NCBI GenBank assembly: GCA_902493345.1
Contig: CABUPM010000001.1
Location: forward strand, 14,126-78,125
DNA from: an uncultured Eubacteriales bacterium
Lineage (GTDB): Bacteria; Bacillota; Clostridia; Lachnospirales; Bianqueaceae
Length of the DNA: 64,000 bases
Reading direction: 5' to 3'
Below, in pieces: positions 56,270 through 64,000 of the stretch (positions are counted from its first letter, which is position 1; every line of letters begins with the position of its first letter). The notes beneath the pieces were generated by a model that ran no database searches, was not told the origin of the DNA, and saw only the letters and a program-made list of their open reading frames with translations. The position numbers and the translations under genes were made by a program.

Positions 56270-56310
56270 AAGATCCGGACTGTGTTTCTGCACAGATCCG
56301 GATCTTTTGA
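56270..56310. terminator. Bidirectional terminator between pfkA and mntP
   Basis: AGATCCGGACTGTG / CACAG(A)TCCGGATCT stem followed by TTTT. Confidence 0.65.
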
Positions 56311-56312
56311 TT

Positions 56313-56876
56313 TTAGCCGAAAACGCCAAGATGCTCCAGGAGGATTTTGACTCCGATCAGAATCAGTACGATTCCTCCGAAGATCTCTGCCTTAGCCTTA
56401 TACTTGGTGCCGAATACATGACCGATCTTAATACCGACAGCTGACAGGATAAATGTGATGCTCCCGATAAAACATACAGCTGGAACAATATCTACCTGCA
56501 GGAACGCGAAGGTCACACCGACGGCCAGAGCGTCGATACTGGTCGCGATGGCCAGGAGCAGCATGGTTTTAACATCAAAGGAGTCATTACATTGCTCTTC
56601 GTCCTTACTATTGGCTTCCCGAATCATGCTGATGCCGATCAGAGCCAAAAGAACAAAGGCAATCCAGTGGTCAAAGTTCTTGATATACGACTCAGACTGC
56701 GATCCGAGAATGTATCCCAATGTCGGCATGATTGCCTGAAAAATGCCAAAATACGCTCCGGCCAGAACCATATGCTTTACTTTAAGCTTCTGGACGGAGA
56801 GGCCCTTACAGACTGACACCGCAAAAGCATCCATGGACAATCCGACTGCAATCAAAAAAAGTTCCCATAATCCCAT
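56313..56876 (-). CDS. mntP: Manganese efflux pump MntP
   Basis: 187 aa; [10 protein letters not shown] and [10 protein letters not shown] duplicated motifs. Confidence 0.9.
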   Translation of the reverse strand: MGLWELFLIAVGLSMDAFAVSVCKGLSVQKLKVKHMVLAGAYFGIFQAIMPTLGYILGSQSESYIKNFDHWIAFVLLALIGISMIREANSKDEEQCNDSFDVKTMLLLAIATSIDALAVGVTFAFLQVDIVPAVCFIGSITFILSAVGIKIGHVFGTKYKAKAEIFGGIVLILIGVKILLEHLGVFG

Positions 56877-56919
56877 AATCTTTCTACATCCTCCTAAAAT
56901 ATGTATAATATTGTTGCTA

Positions 56920-58200
56920 TTAGCATCCTGTCATAATGCGGATGATCTCACGGTCTGTCTCACGCATACCATCGCGCCCCAAACGGCATACATTGTGGAT
57001 GGTATTCTCTACTCCCTTAGAAAGAATACCGTCCCCACCGTAAAACTGCTGTCCGGCTTGATACATTTGCCAGCCGAAGATCCCAGCCTCCACAGAAGAA
57101 GCGATCTTGGCCGCACAAGATGGTTTGGCGCCGTCGCAGACAATACCGGAGACGATAGCCAGAGCATTGACTAAAGTATGCGCGATTCCGCGGTAATCCG
57201 CTCCTTCCATATAGGCAATCCCGCATCCGGCGCCGCACCCGGCGCTGACAGCACCGCAATAGGCAGACAGCCGTCCGATGCCAGTCTTCTGGTGGATTGC
57301 GATCAGATTGGAGAGAGCCAATGCCCGATATAAGGTATCCTGCGGAATCTGCCGTTCTCTGGCATAGATGATGAGGGGGACACTTACGGTAATGCCTTGA
57401 TTGCCGCTTCCGGAATTGATGATGACCGGAAGCTCACAGCCGCTCATTCTGGCATCCGAGCCGGCGGCCGCGTATGCTTTGGCTTTGTTTTTCATGCTTT
57501 CTCCGTCCTGTGAGAGAAGAATCCGGCCGACACAGGCTCCATACGGATGACGAAGCCCTTCTTCGGCGATTGCCATATTATAGGCGATCTGACGTCCCAA
57601 TACTTCCTGAACATCTTCGATTCGGAGGCAATTGGCAAACTCAACAATCCTCTCCACGGACAACTGACTGCGGTCTGTAATCGCTTCTTTCGCCGCAGGT
57701 CCTGTTTCACCAGAGCGATACAGAATTTCTCCGTCCTTCATAATCAGGACAATGTTGGTATGGGATCCGGTGATCCGCACTCTTGCGCTTCCGGACGCAG
57801 AATACAGCGTAATATCGATATCCAGCTGATCTTCGCTATCGGAAGGCTGAACATGGAACGGAGTATTCTGTAAAAAGCGGCGGATCTCCTGTTTCTGTTC
57901 TTCGCTGACTTCAGAAATGACTTCCAATACCTTTTCCGCGTTGCCTGCGACGATTCCGGCCGCCGCCGCGGCCTCGATTCCTTTCAGGCCATCGGTGTTA
58001 GGGACAATCACGCTTTTGACATTTTTGATGATATTGCCGCTTACGCTGATTTCTCCGCGAATGACGGTTTCGTTTAAAACATTTTTGGCACGGGCGGCGG
58101 CATAAGCGATGGCGATCGGTTCCGTACATCCCATGGCGGGCATCAGTTCTTCATTGAGAATCTGTAGGTACATCTGATACAAACGGTCTTCCGGCTGCAT
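56920..58200 (-). CDS. UPF0597/YhaM-type L-cysteine desulfidase-like protein (serine dehydratase alpha-like)
   Basis: 426 aa; [17 protein letters not shown]-terminal signature of this family. Confidence 0.75.
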   Translation of the reverse strand: MQPEDRLYQMYLQILNEELMPAMGCTEPIAIAYAAARAKNVLNETVIRGEISVSGNIIKNVKSVIVPNTDGLKGIEAAAAAGIVAGNAEKVLEVISEVSEEQKQEIRRFLQNTPFHVQPSDSEDQLDIDITLYSASGSARVRITGSHTNIVLIMKDGEILYRSGETGPAAKEAITDRSQLSVERIVEFANCLRIEDVQEVLGRQIAYNMAIAEEGLRHPYGACVGRILLSQDGESMKNKAKAYAAAGSDARMSGCELPVIINSGSGNQGITVSVPLIIYARERQIPQDTLYRALALSNLIAIHQKTGIGRLSAYCGAVSAGCGAGCGIAYMEGADYRGIAHTLVNALAIVSGIVCDGAKPSCAAKIASSVEAGIFGWQMYQAGQQFYGGDGILSKGVENTIHNVCRLGRDGMRETDREIIRIMTGC

Positions 58201-58260
58201 GTTCTTCTCCTTGGTGTAAGCATATGGATGGCGCAGTTGCTCACTGCGCCATCGAAATTT

Positions 58261-59499
58261 TTATTCGTATAATGGGTATTTTGCCAGAAGATTCTGAATG
58301 GCTTTACTGCACTCCTCGTGCGTCTCTTCCGGAGCGGTCAGAGTCCGATCGATTACATCGGCAATCAGTCTCATATCCTCTTCTTTCATGCCTCTTGTGG
58401 TTACGGCCGGCGTTCCAAGACGGATTCCGCTGGTAACAAAGGGCTTTTCCGGATCAAAAGGAATCGCGTTCTTATTGCAGGTAATACCGACGCCTTCCAA
58501 CAGCTTCTCAGCCTTTTTGCCTGTGATACCCTTTTTGCGCAGATCGACAAGCATCAGATGATTGTCCGTCCCGCCGGAAACGATATCAAAACCATGCTCG
58601 ATCAGAGCCTGGGCCAAAGCCTGCGCGTTATTCAGGATCTGCTGCTGATATTCTTTAAAGGAGGGCTGCAATGCCTCATAGAAACAAACAGCCTTAGCGG
58701 CAACTACATGACACAGCGGACCGCCCTGGATTCCGGGGAAAATCGCCTTATCAATCGCCTTACCATATTCTTCCCGGCACAGAATCATGCCGCCGCGGGG
58801 GCCGCGCAGGGTCTTGTGGGTCGTTGTCGTCACGACGTCCGCATACGGTACCGGACTGGGATGAAGCCCTGCGGCAACCAGTCCCGCGATATGCGCCATA
58901 TCTACCATGAGATAGGCCCCTACTTCATCCGCAATTTCGCGGAAACGGGCAAAATCGATAATGCGGGAATAGGCGCTGGCGCCGGCAACGATCATCTTCG
59001 GATGGCACTCCTTGGCCAAACGCTCTACTTCATCATAATCGATACAGCCGGTCTCTTCACTGACGCCGTAGCTGACGACATGATACTGAGAACCGGATAC
59101 ATTGACCGGGCTTCCATGGGTCAGATGGCCGCCGTGAGCCAGGCTCATGCCCAGAATGGTATCGCCCGGCTTAAGAAACGCAAAATATACCGCAAAGTTG
59201 GCCTGAGAACCGGAATGCGGCTGAACATTGACATGCTCCGCGCCAAACAATTCCTTGGCACGCGCGATGGCCAGATTCTCTGCTACATCTACATAGGTGC
59301 ATCCGCCGTAGTACCTTTTGCCCGGATATCCCTCTGCATACTTATTGGTCAGAGGAGAACCCATCGCGGCCATTACAGCTTCGGATACAAAATTCTCTGA
59401 CGCGATCAGCTCAACTGTACCGCGCTGACGCCCCAACTCCTGCTGCATTGCTTCGGCAAGGATGGGATCCGTATTGACTACTTCCTGAAAATCAAACAT
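58261..59499 (-). CDS. glyA: Serine hydroxymethyltransferase
   Basis: [18 protein letters not shown]-lysine motif; full-length, 412 aa. Confidence 0.95.
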   Translation of the reverse strand: MFDFQEVVNTDPILAEAMQQELGRQRGTVELIASENFVSEAVMAAMGSPLTNKYAEGYPGKRYYGGCTYVDVAENLAIARAKELFGAEHVNVQPHSGSQANFAVYFAFLKPGDTILGMSLAHGGHLTHGSPVNVSGSQYHVVSYGVSEETGCIDYDEVERLAKECHPKMIVAGASAYSRIIDFARFREIADEVGAYLMVDMAHIAGLVAAGLHPSPVPYADVVTTTTHKTLRGPRGGMILCREEYGKAIDKAIFPGIQGGPLCHVVAAKAVCFYEALQPSFKEYQQQILNNAQALAQALIEHGFDIVSGGTDNHLMLVDLRKKGITGKKAEKLLEGVGITCNKNAIPFDPEKPFVTSGIRLGTPAVTTRGMKEEDMRLIADVIDRTLTAPEETHEECSKAIQNLLAKYPLYE

Positions 59500-59527
59500 T
59501 CCGGCGCCTCCTAAAAATTTTTCTTAC

Positions 59528-59556
59528 ATTATAGCAAAGACTGCGCAAGAATACAA
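59528..59556 (-). promoter_or_regulatory. Sigma-A-type promoter for glyA
   Basis: Minus strand TTGTAT-17 nt-TATAAT. Confidence 0.5.
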
Positions 59557-59579
59557 TCCCATTTTTTCAATTTTATATA

Positions 59580-59607
59580 TTGATTTTCCGCAAAAGTCCG
59601 CTATAAT
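59580..59607 (+). promoter_or_regulatory. Sigma-A-type promoter for the ThrE-like gene
   Basis: TTGATT-16 nt-TATAAT. Confidence 0.5.
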
Positions 59608-59658
59608 AAATAGGAATGACAGTGGTTTGCTGCCAAATACTGCAACAAAGAGGAAATT

Positions 59659-60940
59659 ATGGATACTGCTTATTATGCCGGACATTACCTGGAGGTTTTT
59701 CAGATAGCGCAGCTGACCGGTGAGATTATGCTGAAAAACGGTGCGGAAACCTATCGTGTCGAGGATACCATCACGCGCATCCTGAAGACGACAGGCTTCT
59801 CTCAGATTGAGGCTTTTACGACGTTGACAGGAATGGTCATCTCTATGTCCGACCCTACGATATTGCCGATTACCAGTGTCAAGCGCGTACAAAACCGTTC
59901 CAATCATCTGCGAGATGGCCAACGATGTCTCCAGACGTCTGGTGGGAGGGAGTCTGACCGTAGAAAACGCATTGGCGGAACTTAAAGAGATCAATACCCG
60001 CCCTATGAATTATCCCAAATATGTGGTGGTTCCGGTATGCGCCATGGCCTGCGGCTGTTTCTGCCTGATTTTCGGCGGCAGCATCCGAGACTTCCTCGCA
60101 ACACTGCTTGTAGGGACGCTGTACGGCTGCTTCACGATTCTGACCGATCGTCTCTCTGCCATCTCTTTCATCAAAGATCTGTTATGCGCAATGATCGTCG
60201 GCCTTTTCAGCGTTGTTTTTTCTTATGTAATTCCGATCGCGGAACATATGGATCTGGTAATTGCCGGAAGCATCATGCCCCTGGTACCGGGTCTGACCAT
60301 CACTAACGCAATCCGTGATACCCTCTACGGAGATTATCTGTCGGGGCTGGCACGCGCCTTGGAGGCCTGTATCACAGCGATTGTCATTGCCGGCGGCGCA
60401 AGCTTGATGATCCATGGGTATGAAGCGATCTGCCACGTACAGTTGGACGGCAGCGCGGCATCCGCATGGCTCTATGATCCGAATGGTCCGTTTTTGCAAG
60501 TCTCGATCCTGATTCAGCTTACGGCAAGTTTTTTCAGCGCCATGTCCTTCTGCCTTTTTCTGAACGCTTCCCAGAAACATTTGTTATTCTGCGGACTGTG
60601 CGGCCTGGTCTGCTGGTTCTTTTATAAATTAGGGTTATATTTTCATCTGGAATCCCTTCCGGCGACCTTCTTCGCTACGCTTCTGACCAGCTTTCTGGCA
60701 GGACGTCTGGCCTATCTGCGAAAGGCGCCGGCAACCGTATTCTTTGCGGCGTCCATTATCAATCCAGTACCCGGATATGGGATGTATCGATTCATGTTCT
60801 TTCTGATCGGAAAAGAATATGAGACCGCGGCGGTTGTTGGTATTGAAACGCTGGAATGTGCCGCTCTCATTGCGATTTCGATCGCGGTTCAATATTCAAT
60901 CCAATCAGCAATCCATCAAAGAAAACGTAAAAAGGCATAA
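59659..60940 (+). pseudogene. Threonine/serine exporter (ThrE) family protein, fused DUF1212+DUF3815-like architecture, interrupted by a +1 frame change
   Basis: ORF 59659..59985 gives the N-terminus (GAETYRVEDTITRIL...). The family sequence then continues in ORF 59876..60940 (...IICEMANDVSRRLVGGSLTVENALAELKEI, about 10 TM). Removing one A from the A4 run 59891-59894 gives a continuous 426-aa protein. Confidence 0.8.
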
Positions 60941-60946
60941 ATAAAT

Positions 60947-60971
60947 GGTGTAGCTTTTCACAAGCTACACC
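60947..60971. terminator. Bidirectional terminator between the ThrE-like gene and the MATE gene
   Basis: GGTGTAGCTT-TTCAC-AAGCTACACC followed by GTTATTTTT. Confidence 0.7.
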
Positions 60972-60978
60972 GTTATTT

Positions 60979-62346
60979 TTATACAGCAGAATTCATTCGA
61001 GCCATTGTTTTTTTGAATTTCAGAAGGAATACCGTGACTGTCGTGCAGACAGCCAGAACATCCGCGACGGGCTCCGCTAAGAATACAGCGAAGACTTTAT
61101 CGTCGAAGAAATTCGGCAGGATATAGATCAGCGGAATCAGCAGGATTATTTTACGTAGGATCGCCAGGAAAAGAGAGGTCTTGGCATCGCCCAGAGCAAT
61201 GAAGGTCTGCTGGCAGGCATTCTGCGCGCCGAAAATCGTCATGCCCATCAGGTAGATCCGCAGCGCCCAGCTGGCGTATTCAATCATCTGCTCGTCAGAT
61301 GCAAAGAGCATAACGTAGATCCGCGGGAACAAGACCGCGGATCCCGCGATCAAGAGAGAATAGCTTATACAGCTGATCAGAACCAACGTAAAGGCTTTTC
61401 TTACCCGCTCCGCATTACGAGCGCCATAATTATAGCTGATGATGGGCTGAGCCCCCTGCGTGATGCCGGACATGGGGAGAGAGATCAGCTGCATAACGCT
61501 GGAGAGAATGGCCATGGCTCCGACGGCAAGGTCTCCTCCGTATTTGTAGAGCGAAGAATTGAAGCAGATGTTGAGCAGGCTCTCCGTAGACTGCATAACA
61601 AAGGGCGACAGTCCTAAGGCGATACACGGCAGATAGATTCTCCAGCGCATCCGCAGATTGGAGAGACGTAACCGAATGTGTGCGCGGCGTCCCATAAGAA
61701 AGCTCACAACCCATACGGCAGAGATCCCCTGAGAGATGACCGTAGCGATCGCCGCACCGGAGACACCCATCTGGAAAACAAAAATAAACAGCGGATCCAG
61801 CACAATATTACATACCGCGCCGATCAGAACACTCAGCATGCTGATCCTTGTAAAGCCCTGCGCCGTGATGAAAGCATTCAGACCCAGTGCCAGCTGAACG
61901 AATATGGTTCCGCAGACATAGATCTGCATATAAGACATGGCATAGGGCAAAGTGTTTTCACTGGCTCCGAACATCCATAGAAAGCGCTCACCGAATATCA
62001 AAAAGAGAACGGTCAGTATGATAGCGGCGACAATCGTGCCAAGCGTACAGCTGCCCAGGATCTTCTCAGCCTCTTCCGGCTTTCCTCGGCCCATCATAAT
62101 GGACGCTCTGGGAGCGCCGCCGATACAAAACAGATACGCGCAGGCAGAGATCAGCATGATAATCGGCATTGTCAGCCCGATTCCCGTCAGCGCGTTGGCT
62201 CCGATCCCCTCGATATGACCGATATACATACGGTCTACCATATTATATAGCGCATTGACCAATTGCGCCGTAATGGTCGGAATGGATAATTTCAGAAGCA
62301 GTTTGCCAACACTTTCGGTGGCAAGCTGTTCGTCCTTTTGTGCCAT
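60979..62346 (-). CDS. MATE-family efflux transporter
   Basis: 455 aa, 12 TM; ...KLSIPTITAQLVNALYNMVDRMYIGH typical MATE N-terminus. Confidence 0.85.
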   Translation of the reverse strand: MAQKDEQLATESVGKLLLKLSIPTITAQLVNALYNMVDRMYIGHIEGIGANALTGIGLTMPIIMLISACAYLFCIGGAPRASIMMGRGKPEEAEKILGSCTLGTIVAAIILTVLFLIFGERFLWMFGASENTLPYAMSYMQIYVCGTIFVQLALGLNAFITAQGFTRISMLSVLIGAVCNIVLDPLFIFVFQMGVSGAAIATVISQGISAVWVVSFLMGRRAHIRLRLSNLRMRWRIYLPCIALGLSPFVMQSTESLLNICFNSSLYKYGGDLAVGAMAILSSVMQLISLPMSGITQGAQPIISYNYGARNAERVRKAFTLVLISCISYSLLIAGSAVLFPRIYVMLFASDEQMIEYASWALRIYLMGMTIFGAQNACQQTFIALGDAKTSLFLAILRKIILLIPLIYILPNFFDDKVFAVFLAEPVADVLAVCTTVTVFLLKFKKTMARMNSAV

Positions 62347-62368
62347 GCCTCTTGTCCTTCCTTATTTC

Positions 62369-64000
62369 TTATTGGAATGTGACACCCCAGATCAGCTGTC
62401 CGCGGGTTCCAACGACCAGCCGATTGCCATATACGGCAGGAGAGGCCTCGATATTGCTGCCCAGATTGATGCAGTCCAGGCATTCGCCGGTCAGACCGTC
62501 GACCAGATGCAGATCCCCATTAAAATCACCGTTAATAACATAGCCCTTACCGGACTCATCGTAGACGCATACCGGAGAGCTCCAGCTATAACCGGTGCTA
62601 TGCTCCCAAACCACTTCACCGGTCGCCTTGGATATAGCGGCCAGGGTGCCGTCCATTATCCAGAGCGTTCTGGAGACAGGAACGTAAATATATTCGGACA
62701 AACTGCCCTCTCCGAGAGCCAGAGTTCCCTGTACGCCGCCGGACAGATCTTCAATTGTCCAGCAATCGTAGGATACAGACCAGACAACCTCGCCGGTTTC
62801 GGCGTCAATTTTCAATATAGGAATCTCAACCGTCTCATCCTCCGTCCCACGCCATCCGGCATGATAGGAAGTGGAAATATAGAGATAGGGCTTGCCGTCT
62901 TCTATGTCCAGAACCGGCGAACAATTGGTATCATCCCATACGTCCTGCACCCATACAGGCTCCAGTGTGTTCAGATCAAGACAGATCAGGTTGCCGCCGT
63001 TATCACTGACATACAGATAATGACGATAGATGACGGCACTGTCTTCCATACCCAGCCACATCCAGCGATTGCTCAGGTATGTCCACATCACCATGGGATC
63101 CGGAGCGATGCTCAGCGTACCGGATTCCGGATCATATTGCGTGTTGAGCTTTAGAATATGCAGAACGCCGTTTTCGCCGGGATAAATCAATTGATCCGTT
63201 TCCGCGCATATAAGAGCGGAACTGTCCCAAAAAGGAACCGATCGAGGCGCTTCTTCTTCATAGGCGCCAAAGGTATACATTACGCTGCAATCCAGCAGAT
63301 TGATAATGAAGACCTTGGAAGCGTTGTTATCGCCGCTCAGATATCCGGAACCTACATACAGAATAGGATATCCACGGGGATCGAGGGTTCCTGCGCCCTT
63401 AAAGGTATATCCTATATTGAGCGGCTCACGGGTCTCTTCCCCCGTGTCCAGATCCAGAAAATACACATATCCATCCAGAGAGGCATAGATGACTTCCACA
63501 AGACCGTCCTTTTCCTTGGCCCAGTCATACATATTCATATGCTGCTTTTCCGTCTGGCTCCATACCCGCATCAAGGGCTGACCGGTCCATCCGTTTCCTG
63601 TCCATACACTGCCATCCGGCGTCAGCATATAGCTTGTGCCGTAATTCCAACTGTTGTCAGTGTCGAACTTTTTCTGAGACATAGATACATGTCCAACGAC
63701 CGGATGAGAACGGAAATTGTTGCCGCGGAAGGTAAAGATACCATCGGCCTTGGCATATCCGTCTCCATCCCTCATATCAATGGATTCCTGCGCCTGATAT
63801 GTTTCGACTTCGTCTCCATTGATATAGATATGTGTTTCTGCCAGATAACGGTCCGGCTCCGTACCCTCTACACAGTGAGCTTCAAAAGGCAGCTCCGGCT
63901 CCGTATCAGAGGATTCTTCCACACTCTCTTCTGCGCTGACGGCAGAATTCTCCTGAAAAGAAGCCTCATTAGGAGAACTCTCGGATAGAGATTCCATTAC
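62369..64000 (-). CDS. PQQ-like (BamB-type) beta-propeller repeat protein, N-terminus probably beyond the window
   Basis: Repeated ...G.VVW... / ...DG.LYV... blades (GEVVWSVSYD, GEVVWEHSTG, NGDLHLVDGLTGE) and an acidic Ser/Glu-rich leader region. The ORF is still open at 63997-64000. Confidence 0.65.
   Translation of the reverse strand, partial: VMESLSESSPNEASFQENSAVSAEESVEESSDTEPELPFEAHCVEGTEPDRYLAETHIYINGDEVETYQAQESIDMRDGDGYAKADGIFTFRGNNFRSHPVVGHVSMSQKKFDTDNSWNYGTSYMLTPDGSVWTGNGWTGQPLMRVWSQTEKQHMNMYDWAKEKDGLVEVIYASLDGYVYFLDLDTGEETREPLNIGYTFKGAGTLDPRGYPILYVGSGYLSGDNNASKVFIINLLDCSVMYTFGAYEEEAPRSVPFWDSSALICAETDQLIYPGENGVLHILKLNTQYDPESGTLSIAPDPMVMWTYLSNRWMWLGMEDSAVIYRHYLYVSDNGGNLICLDLNTLEPVWVQDVWDDTNCSPVLDIEDGKPYLYISTSYHAGWRGTEDETVEIPILKIDAETGEVVWSVSYDCWTIEDLSGGVQGTLALGEGSLSEYIYVPVSRTLWIMDGTLAAISKATGEVVWEHSTGYSWSSPVCVYDESGKGYVINGDFNGDLHLVDGLTGECLDCINLGSNIEASPAVYGNRLVVGTRGQLIWGVTFQ

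Noticed and set aside
56877-56919. Looked for a yybP-ykoY manganese riboswitch upstream of mntP
   Set aside because: Only 43 nt separate mntP from the preceding gene's stop, and they contain just an RBS. There is no room for the roughly 100-nt or longer riboswitch.
58227-58253. Hairpin GATGGCGCAGT-TGCTC-ACTGCGCCATC between glyA and the cysteine-desulfidase-like gene, as a terminator
   Set aside because: There is no U-tract on the minus (coding) strand side. It is more likely a processing or stability stem, or a weak pause. It is not called as a terminator.
1-64000. Scan by eye for CRISPR arrays, rRNA genes, IS elements, toxin-antitoxin pairs and defence-system hallmarks (nucleases, helicases, methyltransferase/restriction pairs)
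   Set aside because: None found. The only regularly spaced repeats are the four 11-bp-phased hexamers at 6612..6655. All large ORFs are accounted for by housekeeping families.

Overview
The window reads as ordinary chromosomal core DNA from a spore-forming Clostridia member. This is inferred from gene content and order (Lachnospiraceae-like); no database search was run. About 65 protein genes and one tRNA are densely packed, mostly on the minus strand.

Recognisable blocks, left to right:
- htpG (5' part only), a GltD/NfnB-like oxidoreductase, spmAB, pckA, tldD-pmbA.
- An orphan GerA-family gene followed by a polytopic membrane protein; then prs.
- A divergent lexA / YneA-like SOS unit with four LexA boxes.
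- A translationally coupled ttcA-like / tyrosine recombinase pair; rubrerythrin.
- rplU-prp-rpmA followed by obg-yhbY-nadD-yqeK-rsfS.
- The TIGR03960/TIGR03936 radical-SAM pair.
- The morphogenesis cluster radC-mreBCD-mrdA-rodA plus an MgsA-like gene.
- rnfCDGEAB; uxaC-rluA-pepD; tRNA-Thr(CGU); two MATE exporters.
- A 1421-aa double-ATPase 'activase' fusion; pfkA, mntP, glyA, a ThrE-family exporter; a PQQ-like beta-propeller protein cut by the right edge.

Many sigma-A-type promoters with 17-bp spacers and many intrinsic terminators can be read directly.

I found no CRISPR array, rRNA, transposon, prophage or recognisable defence island, and no convincing 'new system'.

Most noteworthy observations:
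1. Three housekeeping genes (rnfB, pepD, thrE-like) are broken by +/-1 frame changes at short homopolymers. This is either assembly error or real decay.
2. The MgsA-like protein has substitutions at the catalytic residues.
3. Four 11-bp-phased direct repeats, a -10-like box and an orphan terminator upstream of tldD suggest a regulator-controlled small transcript.
4. A 56-codon ORF with a perfect RBS is missing from the ORF track.
5. The GerA-family / membrane-protein pair stands without B or C subunits.

All protein calls rest on motif and family recognition from memory, not on searches.
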